Shown here: one piece after another, positions 62,641-64,000 of the stretch
How positions within the stretch are numbered: the stretch's first letter is position 1
Layout: every line of letters starts with the position of its first letter
Assembly (NCBI GenBank): GCA_013265495.1
Contig: MU058636.1
Coordinates: 5,987,741-6,051,740, forward strand
Reading direction: 5' to 3'
Origin: Vicugna vicugna
Taxonomy: Eukaryota
Length of the DNA stretch: 64,000 nucleotides
Notes under the pieces: model-generated
What the model saw: the letters and a program-made list of their open reading frames with translations, nothing else
The model's database searches: none
Told to the model about the DNA's origin: nothing
Program-made: the position numbers and the translations under genes

Positions 62641-64000
62641 CCTGCTTACTTGGAAGTCCTGGGATGTGGCAACAGGGATGTACTTCTTGAAAAACTTAAG
62701 CATTTAGGAAACTCTCTCCATCAGCAACCAAGGAGATAATCTCCTGCTTCCAAGAAAGATAATTTTGTGTTAAGCTGGAGATTAAAACAATATCACTGAA
62801 TATTTATATTTAAAGGTGATTGTCACATAAAGTTACAAACATTACAAACTGTAAAGTTCTCGAAATAATGATCAAGGTGTAAAATTATCAAGGATGGTGA
62901 TGTGGAGTTTATTTAATATCTATATAATATTTGTCTTGATATGCATATATCAGAACAATCTCTTATTGTACACTTGTTTTTATGTGTTTGATAAAATTCC
63001 CGTCATGTTGGATACAAAGTATGATGGGTTTGCGCTGGTATATAATACAATCAGCCATTATGTTAGCATTTTGGATTAACCTCAGAACAAGTTTAAAAGA
63101 AACCCAAATTTTGCTATATTTTAGGAAATGCTTCAGAAAGTGTCTTTCTGTGAGGAGCATAGAAGCCAAAGAGATGAAAGTCATCCTGACTGAAATTCTC
63201 TAGAAATACAAAAACAACAAGAACAAACTGGACACTTGCGTTGGTGCTGGTTGGAGCAGGGCCTTTGCTCTGATTGCATTATTCAGCCTCGACCTGCTGA
63301 GAGGTCTTCACAGAGGTAGGATCCCTGTAGGCAAGGCGGGGCCAGCAGAGATGTGGCACCTGGGCCACCAGGCTGGCTTCCTGTGTCCCTAACATGGTTC
63401 CTCCATTTATCCCTGTGAACCCTGAACCCTGACGAAACCTCAGGGTCTTTCCCTTGGCTGGCGTCTATCACCAGTCTGTTGGTTTTGACTTGTACACTCA
63501 ACTCTATTAGCCATTCTTTACCTGGAGACAGCTGGAAACCTGAATAAGAGGCCAAATGTAGCAAGATGTAGCCTCAGAAATAAAAGAAGAGAGCAGGAAG
63601 CTATTAGGATTCTAGGAAACTAGGAGTTACAGTCTAACTGTAAGAAGTTTGAAGGTTTGTTTGGTTTCCCCAGTGATACAGCCAGTAGAATATGGGAAGT
63701 GGACAGGGCTTCTGTGTGACCTCCTGGGATAGTTGGAAGGTGAAAGCTATTGAGTCACAGTCTACAGTTAGTCTGGTAGATACATGTTCCCTGCATTAAA
63801 GTGCGTTGGGAGAGGGTCCTGGAACTGCAACTAGAAAGAAAGGGTCATTGAAGGACCGACAAGTGTAAGGAGCATCTCAGTGGCCAAGAGGAGGCGTAAA
63901 AGCCCATGATAATGAGAAGCTATATAAATGAATTCGGCTGACTATTTAATCTGATTAAAATCAGTCATATGAAATTCTAACTACCAGTCTTTTAAATATA

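Noticed and set aside
63510..63555. Minus-strand acceptor/donor pair (ttattcag...ccag|gtaaag)
   Set aside because: Only 18 nt between sites, weak pyrimidine tract, no supporting frame
63881..63899. CTCF-like TGGCCAAGAGGAGGCGT; also CATGTAGGTGGCA near 5548
   Set aside because: Two to three core mismatches; too weak to call
1..64000. Prokaryotic-type systems (CRISPR, operons), tRNA/rRNA genes
   Set aside because: Sequence is mammalian repeat-rich DNA; no repeat-spacer array, gene-dense block or recognisable structural RNA gene seen

Overview
Mammalian (eutherian) non-coding DNA, AT-rich and dominated by old interspersed repeats: L1M fragments, L2, MIR, MaLR (MLT1) and ERV1/ERVL LTRs, and the DNA transposons MER33, MER63, MER53, MER5A and MER2B. 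I recognised no young SINE (Alu, B1/B2, SINEC, PRE1, Bov-tA, CHR). The younger L1 pieces look cetartiodactyl-like, so a camelid-type genome is a tentative guess. I found no intact protein-coding gene or RNA gene; the listed ORFs are repeat-derived or chance ORFs. The window starts at the edge of a CpG-rich region and looks like a large intron or gene-flanking region with several candidate cis-regulatory blocks, including a strong CTCF site and an octamer/ETS-IRF cluster beside splice sites. Best observations: (1) an 85-bp perfect two-part local copy (49602-49797 copied to 51871-51955 with 111 bp skipped at a 2-bp microhomology); (2) an L1 copy polyadenylated inside ORF2; (3) two twin-priming L1 inversions; (4) two ERV remnants reduced to 3' LTR + PPT + short 3' internal piece; (5) a duplicated double-GATA 30-mer. 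I do not see convincing evidence for a wholly new biological system. Repeat family names come from recalled consensus sequences, not a database search, and boundaries are approximate unless termini are quoted.
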